In this document: in pieces, positions 40,701 through 54,765 of the stretch
Numbering within the stretch: the stretch's first letter is position 1
Layout of the letters: each line of letters opens with the position of its first letter
From: Paraspadella gotoi
Taxonomy: Eukaryota > Animalia > Chaetognatha
Assembly: GCA_051294375.1 (NCBI GenBank)
Contig: CM119266.1
Span: 13,939,614 to 14,003,613 of the forward strand
Length of the DNA stretch: 64,000 nucleotides
Reading direction: 5' to 3'
Notes under the pieces: generated by a model
Databases searched by the model: none
What the model saw: the letters and a program-made list of their open reading frames with translations, nothing else
What the model was told of the DNA's origin: nothing
Program-made: the position numbers and the translations under genes

Positions 40701-43700
40701 GGTTAGGATAGTCTACCACCATTCGTCTATACAAGAGAGAAAAGAGAACACTTTTCACAACATCATGAAAGGATTTTGTCAATGGAAGAGTTCAGATATT
40801 GTAGTGGTGTTGGGTTTCCGAACTGAATGCATTATAAATTGACCACGTTAGGATATGCTCTGCCAATTTCGCCGCCACCCTTTTAAAGCGACGAAATTGG
40901 ATAGGTGACGTAGTTTTAGTGATCGATCGGTTTTTCTACAGGCTCGAGCTAATAAAAGTTGTTGGATGGATACTGCGTCACAGACCGTTTCTCGAGTACT
41001 CGTGTTTTTATTTGCTATGTTATGCAACTAGCCCGGGAGGATAATGATTTGTAATTGTTTTTTAGTTTTTATTTTTGTATAAGTATTCTACAGAGAGACG
41101 GGACAGAGGCTCTATTGGCCTTATTGCCAGTACTTTTCCTTCTCCAAGATTTTATATAAGAGTTTTCTGCTTAGACGAAGTGATTGAATCCGCTCTTTGG
41201 ACGCTTTTTATTTTTTGTAGTATACCCGGAGCGTACCTCTGCCCCCTTTTTTGCCCTGAGTCTGTGCCCGCTAGGTTAAAATCCGGAAAGAAGGGCATGC
41301 TAATATAAATTATAGTCAATGGTCAGTGGGTTGAAGAGATCAGGGGAAGGGAATACGGACTGGGCGGCTGCAAAATGGCTCAAGTTTTGTGGGGGGAAAG
41401 AGGCCGTTTGTTTTTTTTTTCATCTCGCATCTTGACTAATTTGACTTGAAAGGTGATATGTGCATTAGTTTAAAAAGCGTAGAAGAAAATGGTAGTTTTT
41501 TAAATCATTGAAAATGTTTTCTTAAAAATTGTATAAGAGGGCTTGTATGTTAAGCCGAAACATGTACGTTTTTTACAAAATAAAGTCGTTGTAGAACAAA
41601 CATTTAGAACGTCGTTGACCGATACGCGAATCCACACGAAAGAAAGAAAACTCAGGATGATCTAAGAACTCTTTGCTGAAGATAAAAATCAATATTCATA
41701 GTCTTTTCATACAAGGGTATGAAATCGATTCGCAATTTGAAATATTTTCCACTTCCACAACGGAAACGAAGAGGGAAACGGATGGGCGATTTCCTTCCAC
41801 TTGACCTAGAATTTGATGTGTTTGAAACCTTTGAAGACGCAGGTGGAGGAGGATGGAAGGAAGGGAGGGAGGAAAGCGGAGGGAAAATCGAACGAGGAGA
41901 TAGACGCTCGCGCATTAATCTCGAGAGGCGCTTATCTCATGATTCTACCCGGCGAGTTTGCGCCGACAAAGAAACATCTTGCTCCCAGTGCTCCCATCCT
42001 ATGAATAAGAGATTGCTTTGGAGCGACTCGTGATCGGGGAAATGTTGAGTTTTTTTAGGAGAGGGAGGGGGTGGAAGAAAGCAAAGGAGTAGGTGTATAT
42101 TAACACAAAGCCACTGATTAAATAAAAAAGAGCGGAATATTGCGGCGGCACTCGACTTTTATCTTGAATGATATGCCTCTCTCTCTCTCTCTCTTCGTCT
42201 CGTCTCTCTCGCTCTTCTCTCTCTTCTCTCCTCACACTCTCCTCTCTCCGTCCTCTCCCTCCCTCGTCCCCTCTCTCTCTCTCATCTCTCTCTCATCTTC
42301 TACTCTCGTCTCTCTCTCTCTTGTTCGTACTCCTCTTCCCGGATAAATCCAATTATTGATGCGACGACATCGAAAGTTGTTGAGGTCATGACGACCCCTC
42401 GGGGAACCAATTGACCTCTGATTCCATAAGAAATGAAGAAAGAGAGAAAAGCAGGGAAAAATAGGAGGAAAAAGGAATCAAAGGAAAAGCAAGAGAAAGA
42501 AAATACAGAATTATATTATAGAAAACTAAACGAAAAAGGAAGAAGAAAGAAAAAGCAATAAAAAGTAGCCAACGGCAAATTATTCCGATCCCGTAAGATA
42601 TGACTTTCTATATCAGTCCTGCTCCCATATATTAATATATTTCTCACGTAGTATTTAGTGCGCCGCTTGATGTTACCTTTTGGAGTACGACGTAACTTGT
42701 GGATTATCTTCGTTTTTCAATCGAACTTTGTCGCTTCGGCTGAATAAAATTTGAGAAGCTAGAGTGTTAATTGTCAACTTATGGCAATATTATGACCAAA
42801 ACGCAGCTTGCGGGGCAGTTCCGTGTTTAACTATATATAAATATTGAATACCTAAATGAAAATCTAATTCAGATTTCAAAGTATCGAACCTGTTGAAAGA
42901 TCATTCTTATGTTTCGTGCTGTGACTTTCTCTTTGGATGATCATTTCTAAAGACCAACTTATAACTACTGATCACCCCACGCAGTTGCGCTCTCTTGTTC
43001 CGTGACCGAAAGGCGACGTCCAACGGGAATAAGCGAGAGCAAGATCGCTTCGATCGTCATCGCGGCCGGCGGCGAAAAATCAAGAACCAATATTTGACTT
43101 TAAAAAACAACAACACACAACCTAAAAAAAAACCTGAATTTTTATTTCGGAATATTTCTCTCTTTTTTTTTTCTCAAATCGAAAGGGCAGAAACATTCTT
43201 TCCCTATCATCGTCGCCTTCTCCGACGCCAGAGGGGGTTCCTATCATGCGCCTCGCCGCATCCACCGTCGCCTCGGACGGGCGGGTCAGTTTCTCCTCTG
43301 TCCTCCTTCGAGGAAGGACAACGATATAAAATCCCGAAAATCGCTCTCCTCTACGCATTCGGGTCCCGAGGACACTTACCCAACTGCCATTCCTATTCCT
43401 TACGATATGTCCTTTTTCCCCGCCTTCTCCACTCATTTTCATCTTTTCTTGCGATTCTTCTTCTTTCCCTTCTTTATTTTTTTCCTTTTATGCCGAGGCG
43501 ATTTTTTCCCCTTTAAGCGCTTACGTACATTCGCTTTCGATTACTGAGCCACTGAGGGTTTTCTTCTCTGCGGTCTTGTTTTCTCTGACCTCCTGCCAGA
43601 TACTGGCCGTTAGTTATCATTCCTATCTCGCCTCCTTCCTTTCCTCACCTCATATCTCTCTATGTTCTGGCTTCCTATTTAGCCTCTCGCCCTATCTTCC

Positions 43701-44074
43701 TCTCTTCCTCTCTTGTCTTTTTGGCTCCCTACCTCCTTCATCCTGGACCGCCACGCTTTATTAACCGCTCCCTCCCTCACTCTCTGCACTCTCTCTCTCT
43801 CCCCTACGCCTTTCCTCCTCTTCATTCCGTTCTCCATCACGCCAACTTCCTTTTCCTCCTTGCTCCTTCTGCCCGTACCGTAATCCGCTCCCTCATGGCC
43901 TCAGTCCGCTCGTTTCCTCCCCCGTCCGTCCTTTCCCTTTGCCCCGCCTTTCGCTCATCGTTCAAGGTACGATATATTCGTTTCCGGTTTTCGTGCCATT
44001 CCGCAGTCGGAAAGAATGAAATAATAAAAGAGTCTCCGGGGAGAGGGAGGCTTTGGGAGGAACTATCGGAGCCA

Positions 44075-44890
44075 GGAGCGGCTATGGGTGTCGGGCGGGT
44101 CGAGGCGTTCAGGTATCACGAATTTATCGCCAACTCTGCTCTCTCTTCTCTTCTAAACGGTCTCCTCTTCTATCCGTCATCCCAGTTCCATCTTTTTTTT
44201 TTTTTATTCCTCCGAGCCGTCGTATCCCTCAAGATCAAATTCGACTGCATCTCTGTTGCATTTTGGCTCAGATATATGCTGTCTTTCTATCTCGTTAAAA
44301 GAGCGAGAAAACCTCCGCAGCATTTTTATTTGAGATTCCAAGTTTGTCTCCGAGAGTTTTGAGCGAGGGGATATTTGAGAAAAGATCTCTCGTTATGTGA
44401 TGATCTAATAAACTATATCAACCAGGACAAAAATCGACATAACGAGAGATCTTTCTCAAATAATCCCCTCTCTCAAACTCTCGAGACAAAACTTGGATCT
44501 CAAAAAAAAAANNNNNNNNNNNNNNNNNNNNNNNNNCGAGGAGCGGCTATGGGTGTCGAGGCGGTCGAGGCGTTAGGGTATGCGAGAATTTACGCCAACT
44601 CTCTCTCTCTCTCTCTCTCTTTTAACGCTCTCCTCTTCTATCCGTCTCCCGTTCCATCTTTTTTTTTTTTAATTCCCCGAGCCGTCGTATCCTCTAAGAT
44701 CAAATCCGCGCATCTCTGTTTGCATTTTGCTCGCATATATCGTGTTTCTATCTCGTTAAAAAGGAGAAAAAAACCCAGGCATTTTTTTTTTGAGATCCAA
44801 GTTTTGTCTCGAGAGTTTGAGCGAGGGGATATTTGAGAAAGATCTCTCGTTTGTCGATTTTTGTCCTGATGATCTAATAAACTATATCAA
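44075..44890. repeat. Direct duplicate (about 44075-44420 and 44537-44890) plus a short fold-back (44423-44511) around a 25-N gap
   Basis: GGAGCGGCTATGGGTGTCG occurs at about 44075 and 44540; 44423-44511 is the reverse complement of about 44783-44868. Confidence 0.85.
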
Positions 44891-45028
44891 ACGTATGAAA
44901 CGGGTTTTCTACTATATGTTTTGCTTTGCGTCTCCGCTGAAAACAGTAAATGAAAAAACAGAGAGCATATCGTTTTCGCTCCTGACTGGAAACGTATTTA
45001 TGTAACCATTAACCAATATTATAATGGG

Positions 45029-45284
45029 TACGGCAACAGCCGGGTTGCCTGTGATGCCCATTGGGATGGGGCATCTCACTGTTTGCTTTGGGGGCTTCGA
45101 CCCTCAGTGACGCCTCCAGTCACTGGCGCGGTCTACCCTAGGACGGTCTCGCTTTGCCAACGCAGAGGAAGTCATTAGGACTGTGGATGGAACACTACGC
45201 CGTTGATGGTGTTGTTCCCCCTCTGAGCCAATGGATTTGGCCTGAACGATGGTGGACGTGAGGCGGTGTGAATATACCGCCACA
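45029..45284. mobile_element. GC-rich insertion of about 255 bp, absent from the homologous site near 32512
   Basis: Both flanks match the contiguous empty site (reverse complement AATGGGGTCGTTGTTTT). GGGTACG on the left and GGGACG on the right resemble a duplicated target. TGTGATG (45050) and CGCCACA (45284) form imperfect inverted termini. Confidence 0.6.
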
Positions 45285-45342
45285 GGGACGTTGTTTTATT
45301 GATTAATTTTAAAAAACTAAGTTGACTTGCAGTCAAGACATC

Positions 45343-45414
45343 TGCCGAACCCGGGATCGAAGCGGGACCTTTAGATCTTCAGTCTAACGCTCTCCACAGC
45401 TGAGCTATTTCGGT
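45343..45414 (-). pseudogene. Error-containing second copy of tRNA-Phe (GAA): pseudogene or raw-read duplicate
   Basis: Reverse complement of 32385-32457 with small indels and substitutions in the acceptor, D and T arms; lies inside the 44894-49973 inverted duplicate. Confidence 0.8.
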
Positions 45415-45592
45415 TCTGGTTAAAAAGGTTCGTTTAAGACAGTATACTCTTTATATTAAAATTTTGCAACTCTCCCGATATCCAGATGTTCCAGGACTTT
45501 TCTTCAAAAAGAAAGAGAAAAATGGGAATCCTTCCCCGGTCAGTCGAACGTCCTCTCGCCTTTCTCTCTCCCACCTCACTTTTTCTTTTTCT

Positions 45593-45662
<70 letters not shown>

Positions 45663-45683
45663 GAGAGAGAAGGAGAGAGAGAC

Positions 45684-45714
<31 letters not shown>

Positions 45715-46676
45715 AGAGGGAGAACAGAAGTCTTTCCGTTTTTCAGTGAAAGAAATTAATCAGTGACAAAAACAAGGATAAGTCAAAGAAAAAAGGTTGA
45801 CCCTCTCCTCCGAAAAATGGCGGAGAGTGAGTTATGGGGAACCCGCGCCGAGCGCGAACCCCCCTCGAGGGATACTATGGATTGGCAGAGGGGGTGAAGG
45901 GGGGGGGAGAAGAGAAGGAGGGACCCCTAATTCGCCCTGGGGCCACTGGCCATTTAACCAGCCTCGGCCGGAGCGGTCGGAAGTAGAGGTTTTGGTCCGA
46001 TTTTTTTCCCCGGGATTTGACGAGATGGCTTCGATTTCCAACTGTTGACATCGTAATTGTTTAACCTCTCCAGAATAATATGTTATCTCCATGGTAACAT
46101 TATATTAAAACAGATAACACCAAGTCGTTTATCCTCAACTTTCTATTCTAAGTCAAATCATTTTTTTACTATATATTTAAAGCATAGCGGAAATGAAGTC
46201 GCGACTTTTCCTCGTTATCGTCTTCGTCATTTCCTATTTGATCAATCTCAGAAGAGAAGTAATTTTGTTTCGTAATTCATGTTAATTTGATGACCTTATT
46301 AGATTTCGGTATTTTTCACCGATATTATGTTCCATCTTCGAGCCATTCCAAAAAGCAATGATGACGTCAAAATTATATTTATTGCTCCAAAATCATTTTT
46401 GCGAAGGAAATGAGAAGGCCGCTGACGACGCCGCCGCTGCACCCGCAGCCGCTTGTACTCGCCCCGTTTCCGACGCATTTGTAAACTGGCCGTAAAAATT
46501 TTTCGTCTTTTGTTCGGACTCTGCGTCAACGACGTGGGATGAAATTGAAATAATGAATTAATTTAATATTTAATTATTTACATTTTCAGAATCAAAAAAA
46601 GAAAATCGTGGTTTTATTTTAAGCAATCAAAATTCAATCTTGACTTATGTCGAAGTAAATAGAGAAAGAGAAGGAA

Positions 46677-46780
<104 letters not shown>

Positions 46781-49700
46781 TGAAAAGTTCGCCAATAACG
46801 AGAAAGCCAGTAGGTACCGAGGTGCGGAAACGCCTTATAATAAGAAGTTCGCTAATTCGTCATTCCGTTCAGAGCGATGAGACAGTCTCTGCTCTCTCTC
46901 TCTCTCTTCTTCTCCTCTCCTTCTGTCATACTCTCCTCATCTTCGCTTCTCTCTTCCTCTAGCTGCTCTTCTTGCCTCTCCTCTGTGCTCTGTCTGCTCT
47001 CTCATCTACTATCTCGTCTTCGCTCGAATTGTTTTTGCGGTTCAATGCACTCATATTCTTCGGCTTCTGGAGCAAGTTTTCGGGACGTTATTTATAAGAC
47101 GAGGGCTGGTTGGTTGGGGCGGGACGCTTGCATTGGTGTAGAGACGGAAGGCTGACTGAGCAAAAAAGGCTGGACGATACGATGAAACAATTGAGAACGC
47201 GTAGAAGGAGAATAAAAGGAGAGACAGAATCGTTCGACAGGTCAACTCGTGGTCAGTTCGGAGAAGCCACGACCGACAATAGACGATCTAGGTCCGATTG
47301 ACACTCAGTCGGTTTCCAACTCTGCTTGGGGAATTGATTGTGGTGACAATAGCCTGCAAATTTAAAAAAAGATGGATAATATAAGTGATTATGGAGTTGT
47401 TCCAATGACGGTTTGTGGTGACTCGGGCGTTTCCTGCTCTCGCCGTCGACTCGTAGCGGCTGCGACGGGACGATTCAAGTGGGCTTCAGGAGAGGGTCGG
47501 TGCAGGGTGAGAGAAAATATCTGGGTGGGCGAGAGTTACGACTGTCGCGTGCATGGTAAAAAACATTTCCTATGGTCGTTTTCGCGCGTCAGTCAGCTTT
47601 GAACGCGATACCGCTGGAACTGTTGGCCGCCCACTGATTGGTCGCTCGAAGTCTCGAACCGAGAGTGCAGCTAACGGGATTGTGGGCACGTGACTCAGTG
47701 ATCGATAAGAGACGAACGACAAGTGGAAGGAATGCTTAGTATATGGATGCTGCGTATGATGGAGTGGATCTTCTGACGTCCAGAGAGAGGGAATGAAATA
47801 GAGAGGACGGAGAACAGAGAAGAGAAAAAGGACAAAAAAACAGGAAAAAGGATAGAACAGAGAAGAACGAATTTGTCGTGTTTCGTCTATTCTCATGTTC
47901 GTCACCGTTCCGTTGTTTTGGGCCAATAGAAACTGTCTTGGTTCTCACATTCATGTTAAGCTTTTTATCACATTATCATATAAAGAATAGAAGATTAGAA
48001 ATATATCAGAATATAAAAATATAAATATAAATTAGTATACTTCATATTTCGCTGGTTTCGGCGTGATATTTAAAAACTCCACCGAACCAGAAACGCCATC
48101 AAGCGGCAACAGGATCACAGAACAGCCATGTAAAATCGTGCCGACGCACCTCGTATTGGATTGGAATTCGCTTTTACTCTCGCAGGTTCGTAAAATTCCA
48201 TTTGTTCAGAAATCGAATCAAAACTGCTTCGGCCGCGTTTTTATTGTTGTGATTATGAGCGCTTCGCCTTATTGAAGAATAAATGAAAGTAAATTCAAGA
48301 CTCCAATTTTTTACATTATCGTTATAACCTAGATGCTTTAAGGAGTTGAAAAGCCGCTATCGTAACTTTATTGACTCTATTACATCATTTGAATTATCTA
48401 AACGTCGATCTAGACGATATATAAGAGAGTAGCCCTGAAATACGCGAGATTCTGGCGCTTAGAAAGACGCGCGTATATTTTGTTTTTTTGGGGGGGGGGG
48501 GGCGGGCGCTATTCGCTACCGGCGAATACATTTTCTCACGATCATATTATTTCCACGGCAAACGAGTCACTGCTCGCATTCTCCTTCCAAAGGTCTCCGG
48601 ATCGCAAGATGCCGTTCGGTAAACAAACGACCACAGTAAAGCTCGGCCTTTAGAAACGAAATCGAACCATAGGCGTTTAGCGAGTTTCTTTGAGTTTTTA
48701 ACCTCTGCGCGTCGTTTTTTGAAATTTTTTGGAGCCGTGCGACGTGGACGGCGACGAGCCGACGACGACGACGACGAACGAGCGATGACCGATGATGGGA
48801 CTCGAAGCGATCTCGCGAATCGCGGTTTCTCGCGTTGCGGCGCGCGCGGGCGTGCGCCCGACTCTGAACACTTCCGATCGACGAGGAACGCGCAGATGGT
48901 GAGGGGAATTAGCTGCTGTGGCTCGTCTGCATGCTGTGGCTGCTGCTCGCTGCGCACTGTTGCGGTGGACGTTGCCTGCTGTTTCGCAAATGACGGCAGT
49001 AAGCGGCGAGAAATATAGAGCGAAACAGAATCTTGGGTTTACTCGGATCTTTTTTATCAATATACTTCCTCAAGCGAAATTTCTAACATTTTGTCATAAA
49101 ACAATTGCGTTTAGAAAAGAATTTAAAATGAATTCGTTATTTAAAAACTTGGTCTACATAGCTTGTTCGCATCAGTCGAAAAGGCTAAAAAAAATATTGA
49201 ACCACTTGTCCTCCAAGTCCGCTATCGTGTCCTTACGCTTTTTCTGTAAATTAGGCTTAGTAAAATGCTCTATTTTCTAAAGCTTTGTCATGTTGGATTC
49301 TTGATCATCTCTTGTTCGGACCAATCGCTAATTGCCTTGATGTAAAGTTTTCGGAATCAGTTTTAAAAAAATCCTAACAATATCGTTGAAAGACATGACC
49401 GCGTCGATCCAGGTTGGGCTGACGAACAAAGGACAAGTTCGTGTCCCCGTTCGCCTCGCTCCGCGTCGTCTCAGGACTTAGCGCGTCGTCGCACTGCTCG
49501 CGGCACGCCGATAGACTCGTCGGCGCGGACGACCATCAGGCAGATTCGAGCGACGACGCCTGTGAGGAAGCGAAGACTCGGACGCGGCAAGAGAGGAGCG
49601 AGAGAGGAGAGATAACGAAGCGGTGAGAATGATGATGAACCTGAATGATGATAATGATGATGATGATGATGATGATGGAATGATGATGATGAATGATGAT

Positions 49701-52700
49701 GATGATCGGATGAGATGATTGATGATGATGAATGACCTTTACGATTGATTCAGCGATGATAATGAATGACTGATGCACTGATCAAGGCTTGCGGGAAATT
49801 ATGTTTCAATTTCAGCTTATACATTAAAGTAATGTAGGGTCAAAAGCTGACGAGTTTTCGAAAAGTCGCCTAGTCTTGCAAGAGAAGAGTCTTTGAGGGA
49901 ATTCGTGTTTCGGAAAATGCAAGAAAATTGCAAGAAAGACTTTTCCGGCTTTTTTAACGTTCAAAATTGTGGGTCAGCTGTCCAGAAAAAAAAACTAAAA
50001 GAAAAAGAGACGAAATGGTGGTTGTGGAGAAGAATGAGGAGAAAAGAAAGAAAGAGAAGAAAAAAGAAAAAAAAAAAAAAAGAAAAAAAGAGAAAAAAAA
50101 AAAAATGAAAGTAAAAAAAAAAAAAAAGAAAGAGAGAAAAAAAGAGAGAAAAAGAAAAGAAGAAGAAGAAAAAGAGAAGAAAGAGAAAGAAGAAGAAAAA
50201 TAAGAGAAAAAGAAAGACGGAAGAAGCGGAAAAAAAAGAAGAAGATAAGAGAGAAGGGCAGGAAGAGAAAAAAAGAAAAGAGAGAGGGAGAAGTTGCAGG
50301 CAATAAGAAAGAAAGGGATAAAGAGCGAACAATCCACCCGCGGCCGAAATCGAAAGAGAGTGATTGTATATAGTAGGTGAAAAGAAAAAGAGAATTAAGC
50401 ATCGAAGCAATCTTTATGCGCGCTGCACTTTGTCTACAAAGAAAAAGGAAGAGAGATGAATATAGAAAGTTCTGTGCGAGAAAAAGAAAGATGGGGTAGA
50501 GGGAGATAAGATAGTGAATAAATAACGGGCTAAAAAATAACCGAAAATAGTGAAAAAAAAAAAAAAGAGAAAGAAAAAAAAGAAAAAGTTAAGAATTTAG
50601 ATGTCGCTGTTTGTAATTTTCAACGAGCGGCCAAAAAAGAAAGCACTATAAACATGAAGAATAAACAAAGGTAAAAAAGTGGAAGAAAGAAGAATATACT
50701 AAGAAAACTGCAGTTTTAAATATTCGAGAAAAAACGAGAAGTTAGGATACAAAACATATTTTTGTGATGCAATGAGAGTTATATAGCTATTTGATCCGTA
50801 TATGTGCGCCAGAAGCAAAAAGTAAAAATACAAGAAAAAAAGAAGGAAAAAAAAAAGAAAATAGAATATCAGAAAAAAAAATAAAATAAGCAAGAAATTT
50901 GTTGTGTTGAATTTAAATATAAGTTTCATACAAATAAAGAGAAAACAAATGAGCGACAGTTTCAATGGAAGGAAGAAACGGAAAGATGGCGGACATTTCT
51001 AAAAATGAAACTTGAATGATTGAAAATTTATAGACAGCCTGAAGTAAAGTTAAATTAAAGAATCTAGTTAACAGGAAGAATAAAAGATTAAAATAATATC
51101 ATAAATGCCTGCGTAAAGTTTTAATAATTAGCGCATAATAGTCGTCTGATAACCGGCAAAGACGTGAATAATTAATAAAGCCAAATAACGTAGTTTATAG
51201 TGTAAAAGCCATGATATAGAACTAAACACTAAAGAACCAAGTATCCAAAAGCCCTATTCCATAAAGCTAGAAGTGCGAAATTTCGTACAACCTAGAGAAA
51301 AAGCAAAATAAAGGATTATAAATATCGTAAATGTAGTTAAAGACAAAATAACCTTAATTGCGAAGAGTGTAAATGAGCTGAGAAAAGAAGAAAAAGAAAA
51401 GAAAAAAACGGAGGCACTGATTCCGGAAAAAGAAAAAAAGGGTAGCCAAAAATCAGAAAAGGCGGGCGAAGAAAGGAAAAATGTTGAAAACAAATCCTGA
51501 TTCGGAAATGTTCTTTTACAGTGGTTTACTTTTTTTTTTATATGTCGCGGAAAAATCATGTTTAACAAAGGCAAGTTCGATAAAACAAACTCGCCGTCAG
51601 AAAACAGTGAATGTTTCGAAGATTTAACAAAGGAGTTTACGAATTTAAGACGTGGTAATTATATAGGATTTGTATCAGAGATAATCTACAGTGCTTTCTG
51701 TCTAGGTTTCGTCGTCAGCTTCAGGTGTAGGATATTAATTTTCTAGTTTTTTTCTTGGTTAATGCGAGGAGTGATGATAGAAATTTATCTGTTTGAAACG
51801 TGTTTTCTAGTTTTTGCTTAAGTGGTTGTGTACGAGAAAAGGGGAGACCAAGAGAACTGATTGACCGGCCTTCGATAAACAATAGTAATAGAGCAAATGA
51901 GAAGTAAGCTGTTTACTTTATGTGTTTCTATGCTATTCTTTTTTGTTTCTCTTACTGGAATGTCTCGTTTTGTTTGCTTCGTTTTTGTTCTGTCCTGTCG
52001 TGATGTTATTGTAGTCTGGTTCGTCTTCATCGTTTGTTTTTCTCTAATCTTTTCAAGTTGATGAGATACTGTATATATCTTTCGCCTGGCTTGATTTTCT
52101 GATTATCTTTCGTTTCTTTGTGTATTAATGATTATGTTATACTGCGGTACATTGAGATTTTTCGGTGGGGCCTGGTAATCGTTCATAGAATCAGAAGGTG
52201 ATAGGCCGGTATGGCGCGAAAGTAGTGCAAATATACTTGTACTTCTGTATGTTCAATTTTTTTCATTTCACCTGGGCTGTTAGTGTCTTTCTAGGCTGAC
52301 GTTGTTTTCTCAATGTTTATATTTCATGTTCGAGATTCACTCAGGGTATAGAAATTCGTTATACGGTGACCAGTTGTAATGTGGACCTTTTTCTATCTTT
52401 CTCGTTGCTTATGTTTTTCTTCCCTATTTGTTTTCGTTCTGTTCTCATCTTTATTTTCTTCTGCTCCTTGTCTTCTCGTTATTTTCTTCTGCTCCTTCTT
52501 ATACTCTTATTGTATATGTCTGCGTCGCTTCTATATATACTTTATTTTATTCTCGTCCTTGCTTTCAGCTCCTTAATTGTCTTGTCTGCCATTATTCTGC
52601 TCTTGTACGGCATGCTTGTCTTTCCTTCTTGAGATGCTTTCTTGTTCCTTTCCCATTCAGGTCTGCCCTATCGTCATTGCCCTCTTACCCTAGAAAGACT

Positions 52701-54454
52701 CCAAGATGACGAGTTCGGTATTTAAACCTTTTTTTTTAGAACAATTTATAATCAAATAAGTGCTTCGGAAAATAAAGAAAAAGCTCAGTCTCTATCTTCC
52801 GTGAGCAAAGTTTCCTCGTTTCGAATTCTCATATGTAATATGCATTTTGTGTGTGTTTATCGGAAACCTTTTTATTCATACGTTTGCGGTGTTTTCTGCA
52901 TATATGTTCGTAATTGTAAGTCTAAAAATGTTATGTTTTTCGTTCGTCAAGGATATATATCTAACTTCTGTGAGAAGAGAATTCTGAGAGAGAGAAGAGG
53001 AGAAGACGGAGGAGAAGAAGAGAAGAAGAGATAGAGAGGGAGAGAGGAGAGAGAGAGGAGAAAAAGAGAGAAGAGACGAGAAGGAGAGGAGAAAGATCAC
53101 ACCCGAGATTTTGTTCATGTTTCCTCGTGGTTTAATAGAAACGGAAAGAGGGGGTTTACTCTTCCTTAAATCTCCTGGCTGTCCACCCCCCGCCGCCCAC
53201 AGACTCGCGCCCCGCCCTTGCAGAAAAATCTCGCACATCAGCCCTCCGGCCCTTTGAAGTTTGTTTATGTTAGTTGTGATGAGGAAGGGGTTCCTCGTTC
53301 GAATCATCTCCGGAAGCGAGTTTTTTTTTTGTGTGCGAGTTTTATTTCTCCTGTCGATCGTTTGTTGATCGTCCGCGCACCTAAAGAAGACACGGTCCGA
53401 TGATCGTCTGGTCGTTCGTCGTCGCGTTCGGTCGTGCATTGTCTTAATTTATGTAGTATACGAGAGTATTCCGTTTCTGTTTTCACTCGTTTGTTGAGCG
53501 TCGATGGATATGTTTGTTCGGGGGAAGAACAAGATAGCATCAGGACCCAAGAAATCGAGGCCTTTTTTTTATTTTTCGTCGAGTGCTCATACGTGGCTCT
53601 TTCGTCGTCGGTCTTTATTATCGTGCGTCGTACGTCCGTCGGTTTAGTCGGGGTTCGAAGTGTTCCTCCGGTGGAGTCGTTGTCACGACTTTGCGCCAAG
53701 AGTAGGGTGCTCACACCGAAAAAGCCGGACTTACACAAAGAGAAAAGGGCGGGGAAGTTGAGAAGAGAGGGAAAGGGAATGAGGATTGAAAGGAAAATGG
53801 GAGAGAAAGGAAGGGAATATGAGAGAAAATACGCGGATAAGGGAGGAGGGGAAGGAGAGAGAGAGAGGGAGAGACGGAGGAGACGAGAGGAGAAGGAGAG
53901 AGAGAGAGAAGAGAAGAGAGAAGAGAGAGAAAACGGACGGAGACAGAGAAGAGGAGGAGAGGAGATGGAAGAGAGAGAGACAGAGAGGGGACAGAAGAGG
54001 GGTCAGAGAAAGAGGTTTGAATCGTGAATAAAGTTACGAAAACAGAGAACAGAATGTGAGTAATTAAGAAGATTTTAAGTGATTTAATTGAAGAGTTAAT
54101 TTAATTAAATTTAATTAAAGGTAGAAGAAGAGTCACGAGAGATAAAAATCTGGAAAATGGTTAAGAGAATTGAATTGAACTGAAGCGAACTAGGTATAAA
54201 AGAGAGGTATTGTTTAAAAAAATGTTAATTACTTTTTAACTGGATTAGTATTTTATTATGATTTTTGTTAGTCGGATTGATCATCTGATTATTGAAGAAA
54301 AGCAATCATATTCGGCCAAGTCGGGACATTGCCGATCGAAAATGCGAGACGTTTGAAGAAGTTCCGAGTCGCGTAGATATTATTGACCCTAAATTAAAGA
54401 GGTTAGGGAAAGAAAATATAATGAATCGACGAGAAAACTGAATAGAAACGGGAA

Positions 54455-54765
54455 GCAATTCAATCCAGTCGAATCGTAGTCAAGTCAAATCAAGTCTATC
54501 AGTCAAATTACAATTCAATTCAGATCAATAAATCAAATCAGATAAAATTAATCATTGCAGCGTCGGAATTCACAAATCATGTCAATCAAATACAATCAGA
54601 AGAGTAAATCAGAATCAATCGAAAATCAGATCGAAATCAATCAAATTCAAGTCAAATCAATCAAATCAATACAAATCGATCAATTGCGATCAAATCGATA
54701 ACAAAATCAAGTCAAATTCAATAGAAATCAATAGAATAATCCATCGAATCGATGCAAATTAAGAT
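54455..54765. repeat. Degenerate (AATCA)n pentamer array
   Basis: Recurrent AATCA/AGTCA/AATTC units over about 300 bp. Confidence 0.75.
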
